A stretch of DNA of 64,000 nucleotides from Flectonema sp. DT1601 (taxonomy: Eukaryota), in the NCBI GenBank assembly GCA_964019425.1, contig OZ025795.1, positions 682,001-746,000 of the forward strand. Reading direction: 5' to 3'. The notes beneath the pieces are model-generated. The model had not been told where the DNA came from and searched no databases. It saw nothing but the letters and a program-made list of their open reading frames with translations. The number at the start of each line of letters is the position of its first letter. The stretch's first letter is position 1. Both the position numbers and the translations under genes were made by a program. Positions 34,952 to 45,380 of the stretch are shown in pieces.

Positions 34952-35419
34952 CTAATCATCAAAGTGACCCCAGGAAGGTAATATTTCAGTAGGGGCTCTA
35001 TTCGCTGCTGGGTCATCCATCGCTAGAAATCTTTTCAACTCTTCAGATCTCTCAGGTCTCGGTGGCAGCTGTGCATTGGCAGCTGTTACGTCAATCTTTT
35101 CAGGCTTCTTCTTCTTTTGTTTTTTAAGACCGGCTACCTTCCATTCAGATTCCTTCTTCTTAGTCTTCGTCGTTACAACTTTAACCTTTTTCTTTCCCTT
35201 TATCCCTTGTTTGATCTCCTTTTCTTGACGTTCCTTGCGCACTGTTTTTGGTGAGTTAACTAAGTGCTTCTGGCTTTTGAGTATATTTTTTCAAAAAAAA
35301 AAGAAAAATGTAAATTTTGACATACCTGCCTGTGCCTTGTTTTCAAGTCTGATGCCCTGTCTCACTTTTGAGACCCTTCGCTGACTGCGAATTTGATATT
35401 TTAATGAAGAGCGAACCAT
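34952..35419 (-). CDS. Small Lys/Arg-rich protein (possibly nucleolar)
   Basis: Exon 1 35419-35326 (MVRSSLKYQIRSQRRVSKVRQGIRLENKAQA), intron 35242-35325 (GTATGT...AAAAACAG), exon 2 (VRKERQEKEIK...PSWGHFDD*). Confidence 0.75.
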
Positions 35420-35863
35420 ATTTTTGTTGCCTTCAGATGAGAAGTATTCCAAATAAATATTATTGTAAAGAAAATAATTTCGAATACCAGACAGTGGTAA
35501 AGTCTATAAATCTAAGTGACAAATAACTGTTGAAGGTTTGTGTTCTACGTAGCGGTTTATAAGGACGTCCCTTGTCAACCGAATTGTTGTGGAAAAAGAA
35601 AGCAATTAAAAGAAAACACATTCTTTTTCTTATTACAACAAACTAATAAAGTGGTAAAATTATTCTATGGGGAGTAGGGAGTGGTGGGGAGTACCCTCTA
35701 ACTAAAAGAATAATAATAATAATCGAAACAACATCAATCAGACTACTCATACAGTGGACACACCACTGACTACTAATCAACAGATTAGTGTGTCCTTTGT
35801 TGTTATTTAAGTCAGGTAAGCCTCTCTTTAATGAATTGCACTGTCGTAATTGAACTGCTTTCT

Positions 35864-36817
35864 TCAATCAAATACAAGTTTTCTCGGAACATCCGGTGGA
35901 GGTAGTTGACTAACACTGACATCCTTCCTTCCAGTCGCTAAGGCAGACGGTGGAGGAAGTATTGGTGATGGTCTTGGAATTTGACTGCTGGCTCTCTGTT
36001 TTCATTTTGATAATATTTTTATCTCACAACACCTTTAGCTGTATCAACTTTTAATAAATAAATACACACCGGGAATGTAGAGGAAACTATAGTTCCACTT
36101 CTTCCAGTAGCGAGACTGGGTTCTCGAAGACCAGCTAGACTTGGCTCACGAACGTTTGCACGAGATGGTTCACGAGATGGTTCAATAGTGAACCCTTGGT
36201 ACTCATTCTTCCATCGACTGACAACTGGTTGAAGTTTCTTTTTAATCGCTGGGTCTTCACTACATAATTTTACTAACTCCTGCCGTGCTTCAAGTACGTG
36301 AGTTAAAGCTCTTCTCTTTGATCTGTACTTTTCTGCTAATCTCGCGTTGTCTCTGTCTCCCTGTTCGTATTTCTTCTTAGCAGCATCAAGTTGGTGGATT
36401 TTGGATTCGACGACTCCTTTGCTTTTTGTTTCGGTTTCGTCCAGTTCCTTCTCGAGCTTACGAGCGGCTCGCTTACTGCTGTTGAGTTCTCCCAGAAATT
36501 CTTTTGAGCGATCCTTTTCGTCTTGGAGTTGACTTTTTAGTGTCGAAACCTGATTTGTTTATTATTATTCTAACTCTTTGTGATAAATATATTAATGTAA
36601 ACAGACAAAGACATACCTCAGCTTGGAATTCCTTCAGTTTTTCATTCATTGCGAGCATCTCTTCAGCTTCGGCTCGTCGTTTGCGAGAGCCTCCTGTTGG
36701 GTTTGAGTCGGCAAACTTCCTCCAAAAATCAATCTCAGCATACATTGATTCCATCACTGCTGCCTGAGCTGCAGTATGCGCTATTAAATCATTCGGTATG
36801 GTAGACATGAAACTCAT
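35864..36817 (-). CDS. Coiled-coil protein with Pro-rich tail (3 exons)
   Basis: Introns 36550-36616 and 35996-36069 give a continuous frame MSFMSTIPND...EFQAE|VSTLKSQLQDEK...STFP|RASSQIPRP...KLVFD*. Confidence 0.75.
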
Positions 36818-37181
36818 GTTGTAATTCTAACGGTTAGTTGTAACCTTTGAAAGATAAATAAAATAATTACTCCAACACACACCCTCAAAGGATATCTAAT
36901 TACATTTCCACATATTCTCTGATAGTTGTGTTGTTTTTTTCTAATGAAGAATGTGATGCTCAACGCAAGTGATCAATTCGTATTCCGTTACTTAGAATTC
37001 GTCTCGTTATAAACAAAGTGAGGATCTGCGGGTTGGTGTCAGTGTCAGTGCGAGTGAGCACCGCAATTATTTTTCATCAATAAGAAACATGTAATTATAC
37101 GTCGTGTAGGTTAAAGTTTTTTTTTTTTTTTTTTTTTTTTAAAGGGAGCGGATCGCAACCAGAGAGAACCACCAACACCAC

Positions 37182-37495
37182 TTAATGATGATGGGAGTGC
37201 AATGCTACGCTATGTTTACTTGAATGCATGTGAGTATGTACCGTAGTAGCACTGCCAGACACTGGATGATGTGGGCTGCTGAAGGTTGGAATTGGAATGT
37301 GATCAGCATTGTGTCCACAGTAACCAATAAACCTGTTTTTTATTATTATTATGCCCAGCCCAAAAATTTAACTTTTTTTTGCAGTATTTCAAAAACATAC
37401 TTTCCAGATCCACCAAATTCGTCCATGAGTAGCATTTCAGTGCTGAAGTCTGGGTGAAGGCGGCTACTTCCTGCGATGCCTTTCATTTTCCCCAT
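37182..37495 (-). CDS. 81-aa microprotein with His-rich C-terminus (not in the ORF track)
   Basis: Exon 1 37495-37401, intron 37333-37400 (GTATGT...AAAAAACAG), exon 2 37332-37182: MGKMKGIAGSSRLHPDFSTEMLLMDEFGGSGKFIGYCGHNADHIPIPTFSSPHHPVSGSATTVHTHMHSSKHSVALHSHHH*. Confidence 0.75.
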
Positions 37496-37691
37496 TTTTT
37501 AATGTTTTTTTTGTAGTGTAGAGTGTAAAGTATCTATTTGAAAAACAGAAAAAATAATGAGCATTTTTGTATAATTGACCATTACAATTTAACTACGAAT
37601 AGCATAAACTGTTTTCCCAACACAGAGGCTGAGATAGCCCTTTAACGATTTTTTTTTTTTTTTTTTTTTTTGATCAAAATATTAATTAAAG

Positions 37692-39863
37692 CTATAAAGA
37701 CGACATGATTGCTTTTATTGCTTTTGAGTCTCCAATAGTTCGACAAAGACTATTTAATGAGCGGTCTGCAGTTATGTTGTCTTCGGTTGAGTTAGTACGA
37801 AGGGTTTTATATCCAAGGCAGACCCTCTTTAAATAGTCTCTCACTGGGGACATTATTTCTGATAAAACAACCACCTGAGTCTGTTTCGCCAAATCTACAG
37901 AATACCAATTTTTTGGAAATGACTGCAACAACTCCGACAATGCTGATGATGAGTTCGTTATCGACGAGAATGAATTCGACGGATAAATACATTCTAAGAA
38001 GTCCAGGTAACCTGACTTACTTATGCAAAATCCAACAGCAATATCCAAACAGCTGTTTTCTGCAATTATATCCTTGAATTCTAAGAAATTACCAATACAC
38101 TTCGTGATTAAACTCACTCTGTCAATCGCAATCTCTAACACCGTTACTTTATTAAAAATAGTACTCTGAGATACATTACCTAAGGTAGAAAAGTCATCCC
38201 TGCTGAAGCTAAATGAGCTTAAATACTTTGAGGGAGTAAATTTAGATATTGAATTCTTTGCAGCCACTCCTACGGAATTTGCTATTGATTTGGGAAGTTG
38301 TTTGTTTGTTAATGAACTGAGGTCAGTTAAAAAGTTAAGCAGCATTCTGGTTTGTTTTTTTGATGTCATTTCATAACACTTTTCAATGATTTCACAAACA
38401 TATGGAACAACAACATCCGCTGTGAGCAGCTCAACTATGGCGTTTCCGTCTTTGGTGTGAAGTGATTTTATTTTACTAATCCAAGTCATGTCTGAAACCT
38501 TTCCGAATCTCATCGAATTACCAACAACAACAGTACTACCAGCAAATGGATCAAGGAGAATTAATTCAGATGTCACACAATGTTCATAACAGAGAGGAAC
38601 ACTCGGATAAGCAACAACTTTATAGGTTTCAGGGGAAGTCTCTTCCCAGCGTTGTAATTGACTGCTAATCAATTCTATTGAGGCGTTTTCTTCCAATAAT
38701 AATTTTTGTTGTTTGTGATATTTTGTTATAATCTCTTCGCAGTCGTATCCTATAAGATTTTCTTCCATTTCTTTTGTTTTATATTCGGTTTTTAAAACAG
38801 TTCCGCTACTACTCCCTGAAAGGATTTCGTATGTCTTTTGATCTTCATCAGTTTTTTGTAAAGTTTTCTGTTGATGATATTTTCCATAAGCCCCTTCTAG
38901 GAGATTATTATTTTCAGTTAGTAGTTTCGATATTGTTTCCTTGTTTGTTTCAATGAAGGAACCTAAGTAATTAAAATATCCCTCTTGGTCTTGTAAAAAG
39001 TGTAATTCAGTTGTTGCGATTCCAGCCTTTGTTTTCAAGTTATCGATAGCATAGTTTCGGTGTGACAGATGTTGTGATAATTGAGCTGCTCGTTGTTTTT
39101 GTGCATCAAGTGTTTGAGATATCCGATTTGATTGAGTTACTAAGACTCTCATTTGAGAATCAAAATCAGGGATTTCAACATAAAAAGGATCAGCAGACGT
39201 CTCCAACGACTGAACAGAGATACCCGCATTCTCAAGTTGTGTAGTATCAAATGATGATTCCTGTTGTTGTTGTAGTTCATCAATTTCATTTAAGGACATT
39301 CCAGTTGTGTCAGGCATTTCATTTTCATATGAAGGGATAGTTGTATTGTAGACGTCATCTTCACCGCCATCAATTGTTGTTGAGAATGAAACTTTTTTTG
39401 GTTTTAAATTATCAAAAGGAATAAACTCCTCGTCTTCATCGATATACTTTGATGATTGCTGTTGTTGTTTTATCTTTCTCTCCATACGAATTTTTGATAT
39501 CTCGGCGGATGTTGGTATTTGATTCTCTTTTTGACTACCATGTTCTGGTTCTGATGGTACCAAGTCTTCAGGTTTCATGAGGTCATTATCTTCTGTTATG
39601 GATGCGATTCGTTCCTTCTCTTGGGCATGTTTTCTATTTTCATCTTTTAATTTTTGAAGAGAGTCTTTGCTGTAAATATCAACTTCATTATCAATTTCAT
39701 TATCTTCTTCTACCGAATGTTTGTAATGATCATCTTTATAAACAGTCGACCTCTTCTTAACTTGTACTTCAGAATCATCCAACCCTTCATCAAATGAAAG
39801 ACCGATAGCTGTTGATTTCTTACTCTTCTTCTTTTTCTTCTTCTTCTTGTCTTCCGGCGACAT
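37692..39863 (-). CDS. GCFC/PAXBP1 (Ntr2-like) spliceosome disassembly factor homolog
   Basis: LSFDE motif, IPTSAEISKIRMERK, coiled coil, and a GCFC-like segment LQRWEETSPETYK...VTSELILLDPF...MTWI. Confidence 0.7.
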   Translation of the reverse strand: MSPEDKKKKKKKKSKKSTAIGLSFDEGLDDSEVQVKKRSTVYKDDHYKHSVEEDNEIDNEVDIYSKDSLQKLKDENRKHAQEKERIASITEDNDLMKPEDLVPSEPEHGSQKENQIPTSAEISKIRMERKIKQQQQSSKYIDEDEEFIPFDNLKPKKVSFSTTIDGGEDDVYNTTIPSYENEMPDTTGMSLNEIDELQQQQESSFDTTQLENAGISVQSLETSADPFYVEIPDFDSQMRVLVTQSNRISQTLDAQKQRAAQLSQHLSHRNYAIDNLKTKAGIATTELHFLQDQEGYFNYLGSFIETNKETISKLLTENNNLLEGAYGKYHQQKTLQKTDEDQKTYEILSGSSSGTVLKTEYKTKEMEENLIGYDCEEIITKYHKQQKLLLEENASIELISSQLQRWEETSPETYKVVAYPSVPLCYEHCVTSELILLDPFAGSTVVVGNSMRFGKVSDMTWISKIKSLHTKDGNAIVELLTADVVVPYVCEIIEKCYEMTSKKQTRMLLNFLTDLSSLTNKQLPKSIANSVGVAAKNSISKFTPSKYLSSFSFSRDDFSTLGNVSQSTIFNKVTVLEIAIDRVSLITKCIGNFLEFKDIIAENSCLDIAVGFCISKSGYLDFLECIYPSNSFSSITNSSSALSELLQSFPKNWYSVDLAKQTQVVVLSEIMSPVRDYLKRVCLGYKTLRTNSTEDNITADRSLNSLCRTIGDSKAIKAIMSSL

Positions 39864-39998
39864 TTTGTTTTCGCCCTGATATTAGTTAGAATATAATAAA
39901 ATTAAAAAGTTAAGCAATTCAATTTTAACAAAAGCTTCGGATACCATCCAACTGCATGAAGAAGAACAGAAGCTACGAAGAGAAGAAGGTATCAAGCT

Positions 39999-42125
39999 CT
40001 ATTTCAGTTCCCACTGTGTGGGTTCCAGTTGTTTTCCGCAGTTTCTGTGAATCGGTTGTCCCAACCTACAAAGATGAACGAATAGTTTATCATCACCAGA
40101 GCTGAGGAGAAGCATCACAACAACAAAAAGAAGGAAGGAAGGAAGTCATCAGATGGTGGTGCATGTAAAATATCTGCAAACATGACGAATCATGTAAGAA
40201 TGGAGTGATTTGTGTGTGAGTTTGTGTCATCATTTACGAGAAGTATGAAGAAGAACAGAAGCTACGAAGAGAAGAAGGCATCAAGCTCTATTTCAGGTCC
40301 CACTGTGTGGGTTCCAGTTGTTTTCCGCAGTTTCTGTGAATCGGTTGTCCCAACCTACAAAGATGAACGAATAGTTTATCATCACCAGAGCTGAGGAGAA
40401 GCATCACAACAACAAGAAGAAGGAAGGAAGGAAGTCATCAGATGGTGGTGCATGTAAAATATCTGCAAACATGACGAATCATGTAAGAATGGAGTGATTT
40501 GTGTGTGAGTTTGTGTCATCATTTACGAGAAGTATGAAGAAGAACAGAAGCTACGAAGAGAAGAAGGCATCAAGCTCTATTTCAGTTCCCACTGTGTGGG
40601 TTCCAGTTGTTTTCCGCAGTTTCTGTGAATCGGTTGTCCCAACCTACAAAGATGAACGAATAGTTTATCATCACCAGAGCTGAGGAGAAGCATCACAACA
40701 ACAAGAAGAAGGGAAGGAAGGAAGTCATCAGATGGTGGTGCATGTAAAATATCTGCAAACATGATGAATCATGTAAGAATGGAGTGATTTGTGTGTGAGT
40801 TTGTGTCATCATTTACGAGAAGTATGAAGAAGAACAGAAGCTACGAAGAGAAGAAGGCATCAAGCTCTATTTCAGGTCCCACTGTGTGGGTTCCAGTTGT
40901 TTTCCGCAGTTTCTGTGAATCGGTTGTCCCAACCTACAAAGATGAACGAATAGTTTATCATCACCAGAGCTGAGGAGAAGCATCACAACAACAAAAAGAA
41001 GGAAGGAAGGAAGTCATCAGATGGTGGTGCATGTAAAATATCTGCAAACATGACGAATCATGTAAGAATGGAGTGATTTGTGTGTGAGTTTGTGTCATCA
41101 TTTACGAGAAGTATGAAGAAGAACAGAAGCTACGAAGAGAAGAAGGCATCAAGCTCTATTTCAGGTCCCACTGTGTGGGTTCCAGTTGTTTTCCGCAGTT
41201 TCTGTGAATCGGTTGTCCCAACCTACAAAGATGAACGAATAGTTTATCATCACCAGAGCTGAGGAGAAGCATCACAACAACAAGAAGAAGGAAGGAAGGA
41301 AGTCATCAGATGGTGGTGCATGTAAAATATCTGCAAACATGACGAATCATGTAAGAATGGAGTGATTTGTGTGTGAGTTTGTGTCATCATTTACGAGAAG
41401 TATGAAGAAGAACAGAAGCTACGAAGAGAAGAAGGCATCAAGCTCTATTTCAGTTCCCACTGTGTGGGTTCCAGTTGTTTTCCGCAGTTTCTGTGAATCG
41501 GTTGTCCCAACCTACAAAGATGAACGAATAGTTTATCATCACCAGAGCTGAGGAGAAGCATCACAACAACAAAAAGAAGGAAGGAAGGAAGTCATCAGAT
41601 GGTGGTGCATGTAAAATATCTGCAAACATGACGAATCATGTAAGAATGGAGTGATTTGTGTGTGAGTTTGTGTCATCATTTACGAGAAGTATGAAGAAGA
41701 ACAGAAGCTACGAAGAGAAGAAGGCATCAAGCTCTATTTCAGGTCCCACTGTGTGGGTTCCAGTTGTTTTCCGCAGTTTCTGTGAATCGGTTGTCCCAAC
41801 CTACAAAGATGAACGAATAGTTTATCATCACCAGAGCTGAGGAGAAGCATCACAACAACAAGAAGAAGGAAGGAAGGAAGTCATCAGATGGTGGTGCATG
41901 TAAAATATCTGCAAACATGACGAATCATGTAAGAATGGAGTGATTTGTGTGTGAGTTTGTGTCATCATTTACGAGAAGTATGAAGAAGAACAGAAGCTAC
42001 GAAGAGAAGAAGGCATCAAGCTCTATTTCAGTTCCCACTGTGTGGGTTCCAGTTGTTTTCCGCAGTTTCTGTGAATCGGTTGTCCCAACCTACAAAGATG
42101 AACGAATAGTTTATCATCACCAGAG
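39999..42125 (-). ncRNA. 8 copies of box C/D snoRNA 'B' (~103 nt), snR64/SNORD10-like, predicted 2'-O-methylation of the LSU C equivalent to yeast Cm2337
   Basis: First copy ~39999-40101: C box GTGATGA (40096-40090), D box CTGA (40007-40004), terminal stem AGCTCT/AGAGCT, D' CCGA (40055-40052) preceded by GTAGGTTGGGACA, which is complementary to LSU UGUCCC(U/A)ACCUAC. D'+5 falls on the C of UGU-C-CC. Confidence 0.85.
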
Positions 42126-42263
42126 CTGAGGAGAAGCATCACAACAACAAGAAGAAGGGAAGGAAGGAAGTCATCAGATGGTGGTGCATGTAAAATATCT
42201 GCAAACATGATGAATCATGTAAGAATGGAGTGATTTGTGTGTGAGTTTGTGTCATCATTTACG
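40145..42263 (-). ncRNA. 8 copies of box C/D snoRNA 'A' (~94 nt), snR55/SNORD33-like, predicted 2'-O-methylation of the SSU U equivalent to yeast Um1269
   Basis: First copy ~40145-40238: C box ATGATGA (40233-40227), D box CTGA (40152-40149) preceded by CATGCACCACCAT, which is complementary to conserved SSU UGGUGGUGCAUG. D+5 falls on the U of UGG-U-GGUGC. Second antisense element ACAAATCACTCCA. Confidence 0.9.
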
Positions 42264-42559
42264 AGAGACTCAGACTGCTCAGTTTCATTATATTTCTGTA
42301 AAATGGAGGCGGGTGTGGCTTTCCGTTTAATAAAAAAAACCCAAATCGACAACCTGCTTTGAAAAGTATAAATTAATTGATCAAACGTGTTCTATGTGAC
42401 GGATTCCGCATCTCGAAAAGGAGCAGAACCTAAACAAAGTAAGTAAAACTAAACAGAGACTGCTCTCTGTCTTCTTTGCGAATCGGTGAAAGAACAGCTT
42501 GAGGACGTCAAGATGTTATTAATTGCGGCACAGGAATCTATTTATATTTATATTGTCAT

Positions 42560-43718
42560 CTATGAGGAAGAGACTCAATAACATTTTCAACTTCCTCTTC
42601 TTCTTCTGTTTCTTCTTCTTCTTCCTCCTCATCATCATCGTCAGTGAAATTATCACTTCCGTCAATTCCATTCTTTCTTCTGACAAGTTCTGTTTATTTA
42701 GTTATTTTTATTTTTTTTTTGTACAAAAAAAAAAAATTAGTTAGCCATCTCACAAATAATAAAAAAAACAAACCATTACAATAGTACTGAAAATACTTAA
42801 ACAGCGCCATGTGGTTTTGCATTGCTAGTCTATTTGATACAGAGTGCAAACAACCAGCACTAATATAAACACTAACATAACCAGATCCAATCAGGAATAG
42901 ACATGCAGTGATAGCAGTCAGAGTAGATGTTGTTAAACAATCAGAACGACTACATTTGTCAGACAGAAGATGATGGCTTTCTGTATAGATAAAGAAGACG
43001 ACTAGTGATAGAAGCCACATTTGTGTAATCCAAAACCGTTGAATCATAGTCGTAGAATCAGTCACAGAACCATAAATTCCAATAAGAGAACTGCTAAGTC
43101 CGAATATTCCAATCGCAACTAACGGAACAGAGACGTCGGATTCCCAACTTCCTTCAGAACTGACTGAACCAGAAACTATTAAACTAAGACTCGATCCAAC
43201 TTGAAACATTGATATTAAGAACAATTGAATGCATCCTTTAGCAACTGCTTCATCTTCAGCACCGCACTTTCTCTTTAACCATCTCCATGTTACTACTTCG
43301 TATTTATCTTTTGTAGGTTCCAATAAATACCTTTCTCCAGTTGATTTCGATTTCAATGCAATTGGTCTCGACAACTGTTATTACGTTGAGATGATGTTGA
43401 AGAGTTTTATTTCATAGAAGTAATCTGGCATACCATTCTCTCAGCTCTCATTTCTTCTCCACACGTGGTTGAAACGATAGCTCTGTGGGCGTCAATAAGT
43501 CCTCTGTTCTTCATGAACTGAGGGAATATTCCTCGTAACCACTGCGTGTGTTTAAAATAAAACCGACTTAATTAAACAAAAAAAAAAAAAAAAGGAAGAA
43601 GACTTTAGAAGATACATACGTGCCAGTGATTTTCATGGATACTCCAATCTGCAGCCAAGTGTAGGACACCATGCTCTTCACCTTTTTGAGTTTCAGAATC
43701 AACGGATTCCACCACCAT
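42560..43718 (-). CDS. Multi-pass membrane protein (tetraspanin-like helices) with acidic tail, 4 exons
   Basis: Introns 43542-43619, 43375-43433 and 42690-42773 give an open frame MVVESVDS...HWH|WLRGIFP...ERM|LSRPIAL...YCNE LVRRK...DDDEEEEE...SSS*; about 4 hydrophobic helices. Confidence 0.75.
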
Positions 43719-43919
43719 TATTTATATCGGTGTGACATGTACTAGGAATAACTGATGGTGATAAGATTTATTAAAGAAAATAGATTACAAACATTTGATA
43801 CTTTGAATGTGATGTCAGCTGATTGCTGAATGAATTCTACGTCAAAAGACGTAACAAAAGAACAGATTGTAAACAAATAAATAAAACAGCAGAAATTGAA
43901 AACAATTTTTGTTTTGTTT

Positions 43920-44870
43920 TCACTTTTGATATCTTCCAAGCAGATAACCTGCTGCGACACCACAAACAACAACACTAATTGTTGATTTTGGAATTGTTGG
44001 AAAAGCAAAGCTTTGAGATGCTTCTTTTTGTTGCTCAATGAGAGCTTCTTCTTGTCGACGACGAACCTTTTTAATGATTCTTGGACCGTCACAGTTGGCT
44101 CTTCCAAGACGGAGGTCATCGAGTGGTTCCGGCACGCGTTCTTCTTTTAGATATTTTGATATGACAGCAGTGATGGTTGGGTTTCCTGATAATAATTTCA
44201 TCCATTTAGTTCGGAGTTCTTTCATTCGATCATCAGGTAGTTGACTTCTTCCAACGATATCAATAACTTTATATATCGCTAGTGCTGAAGCAACTCCAAC
44301 ATTGAATGAATCAGTAAACCCAAACATTGGTAAATATATTCTCAAAGCTGAAGCCTCAAGCATCTCTGGTGATACTCCTTCTGCTTCACTTCCCATTACG
44401 AGTGCAATCTTTGTTGGGATTTTATTATCATAATTAAGATCGAAGTCGCTGTCTAAGCAAACAGCACCAGCACTTAGGTCTGTACTCCATATGGTGTGAC
44501 CTTCTTGTTTGAGTGCTTCAATACACTCAGAAGTGGTCGTAAAATATTTTAATGATAGCCACCGTTCACATCCGCTGGTGACACCAATGCCTTCTCCCCA
44601 TTCAAATTCCTGTCCTCGTCGTTTCTTTTGTTGATTTGCAGGTCTCTTTGGTAGTGTTGGTCGTACTAAATAAACATTCTGAACACCCATTGCTTCAGCT
44701 GTACGTAGAACAGCTTGTGCGTTAAACTCATTTGAACACTTTTCTAATACGAGAGTCACATTTCCAATTCGTCCTTGAAGAACTTTCTCTGCTCGTCGGA
44801 GTCTAACTGGCTCCTCTTCATCAATTGCATCCGACAGCATGTGACCGAAATTCTCTCCTGCCCCAGGCAT
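43920..44870 (-). CDS. SpoU/TrmH-family (SPOUT) RNA 2'-O-methyltransferase
   Basis: LVLEKCSNEFNAQAVLRTAEAMG, IALVMGSEAEGVS, IYLPMFGFTDSFNVGVASA; hydrophobic C-terminal segment. Confidence 0.9.
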   Translation of the reverse strand: MPGAGENFGHMLSDAIDEEEPVRLRRAEKVLQGRIGNVTLVLEKCSNEFNAQAVLRTAEAMGVQNVYLVRPTLPKRPANQQKKRRGQEFEWGEGIGVTSGCERWLSLKYFTTTSECIEALKQEGHTIWSTDLSAGAVCLDSDFDLNYDNKIPTKIALVMGSEAEGVSPEMLEASALRIYLPMFGFTDSFNVGVASALAIYKVIDIVGRSQLPDDRMKELRTKWMKLLSGNPTITAVISKYLKEERVPEPLDDLRLGRANCDGPRIIKKVRRRQEEALIEQQKEASQSFAFPTIPKSTISVVVCGVAAGYLLGRYQK

Positions 44871-45380
44871 TGTGTTATTAATGTCAACTGTAGTTTAAAA
44901 ATTAAAATTTTCTTTTTTTTTTTGAGTGTAAACAAGTGACTTTTTATTTCTGCTTTAGTAGTCATGGAGGAACTCCCTGTTTGAAATATAATTACAACAA
45001 ACTGAATAACTTTATTATCAACAAAAGACTATCAACACACTTAACGACCCGATGGTCTACACTACCGAAATGAACTTTTCTGATGATGGAAAATTGCGAT
45101 ATTCGTTTCTACATTTATTCCTTGTTCTTTCTCTTTGGTTATTCTCTTATAGAGAACTGTTTGTTGATCTTAATCTAAACTGTTAAAAAACATACAACAG
45201 GTGTCAATACACCCGTTGTCATTCCAGTGTCCTCTTACAGAGTAAAGCCTCATAGCATGGTTAAAGTCTCTGATATGGTAATAATCTATTGCTGTATTTC
45301 AAGCAAAACCACATCAGATTATCGCAGCATGACTACCTCCTCTGTGAATAGTTTGGCAACATTTCTTCTCGTCGAGGGTC

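Larger units (their letters stand above)
39956..42266. repeat. 289-bp tandem array, 8 copies
   Basis: Units start at 39956, 40245, 40534, 40824, 41113, 41402, 41691, 41980; units 3 and 8 carry a 1-bp insertion. Confidence 0.97.

Noticed and set aside
40212..42208. Repeated 60-61 aa ORFs in the 289-bp array
   Set aside because: Mostly antisense to the gene cluster with GTG starts; explained by C/D snoRNA boxes and rRNA-complementary guides.
30245..42266. Arrays as SL RNA, 5S rRNA or tRNA gene repeats
   Set aside because: No SL exon/donor/Sm-site pattern, no 5S or cloverleaf similarity and no Pol III A/B boxes recognised; the rRNA matches are short antisense guides.
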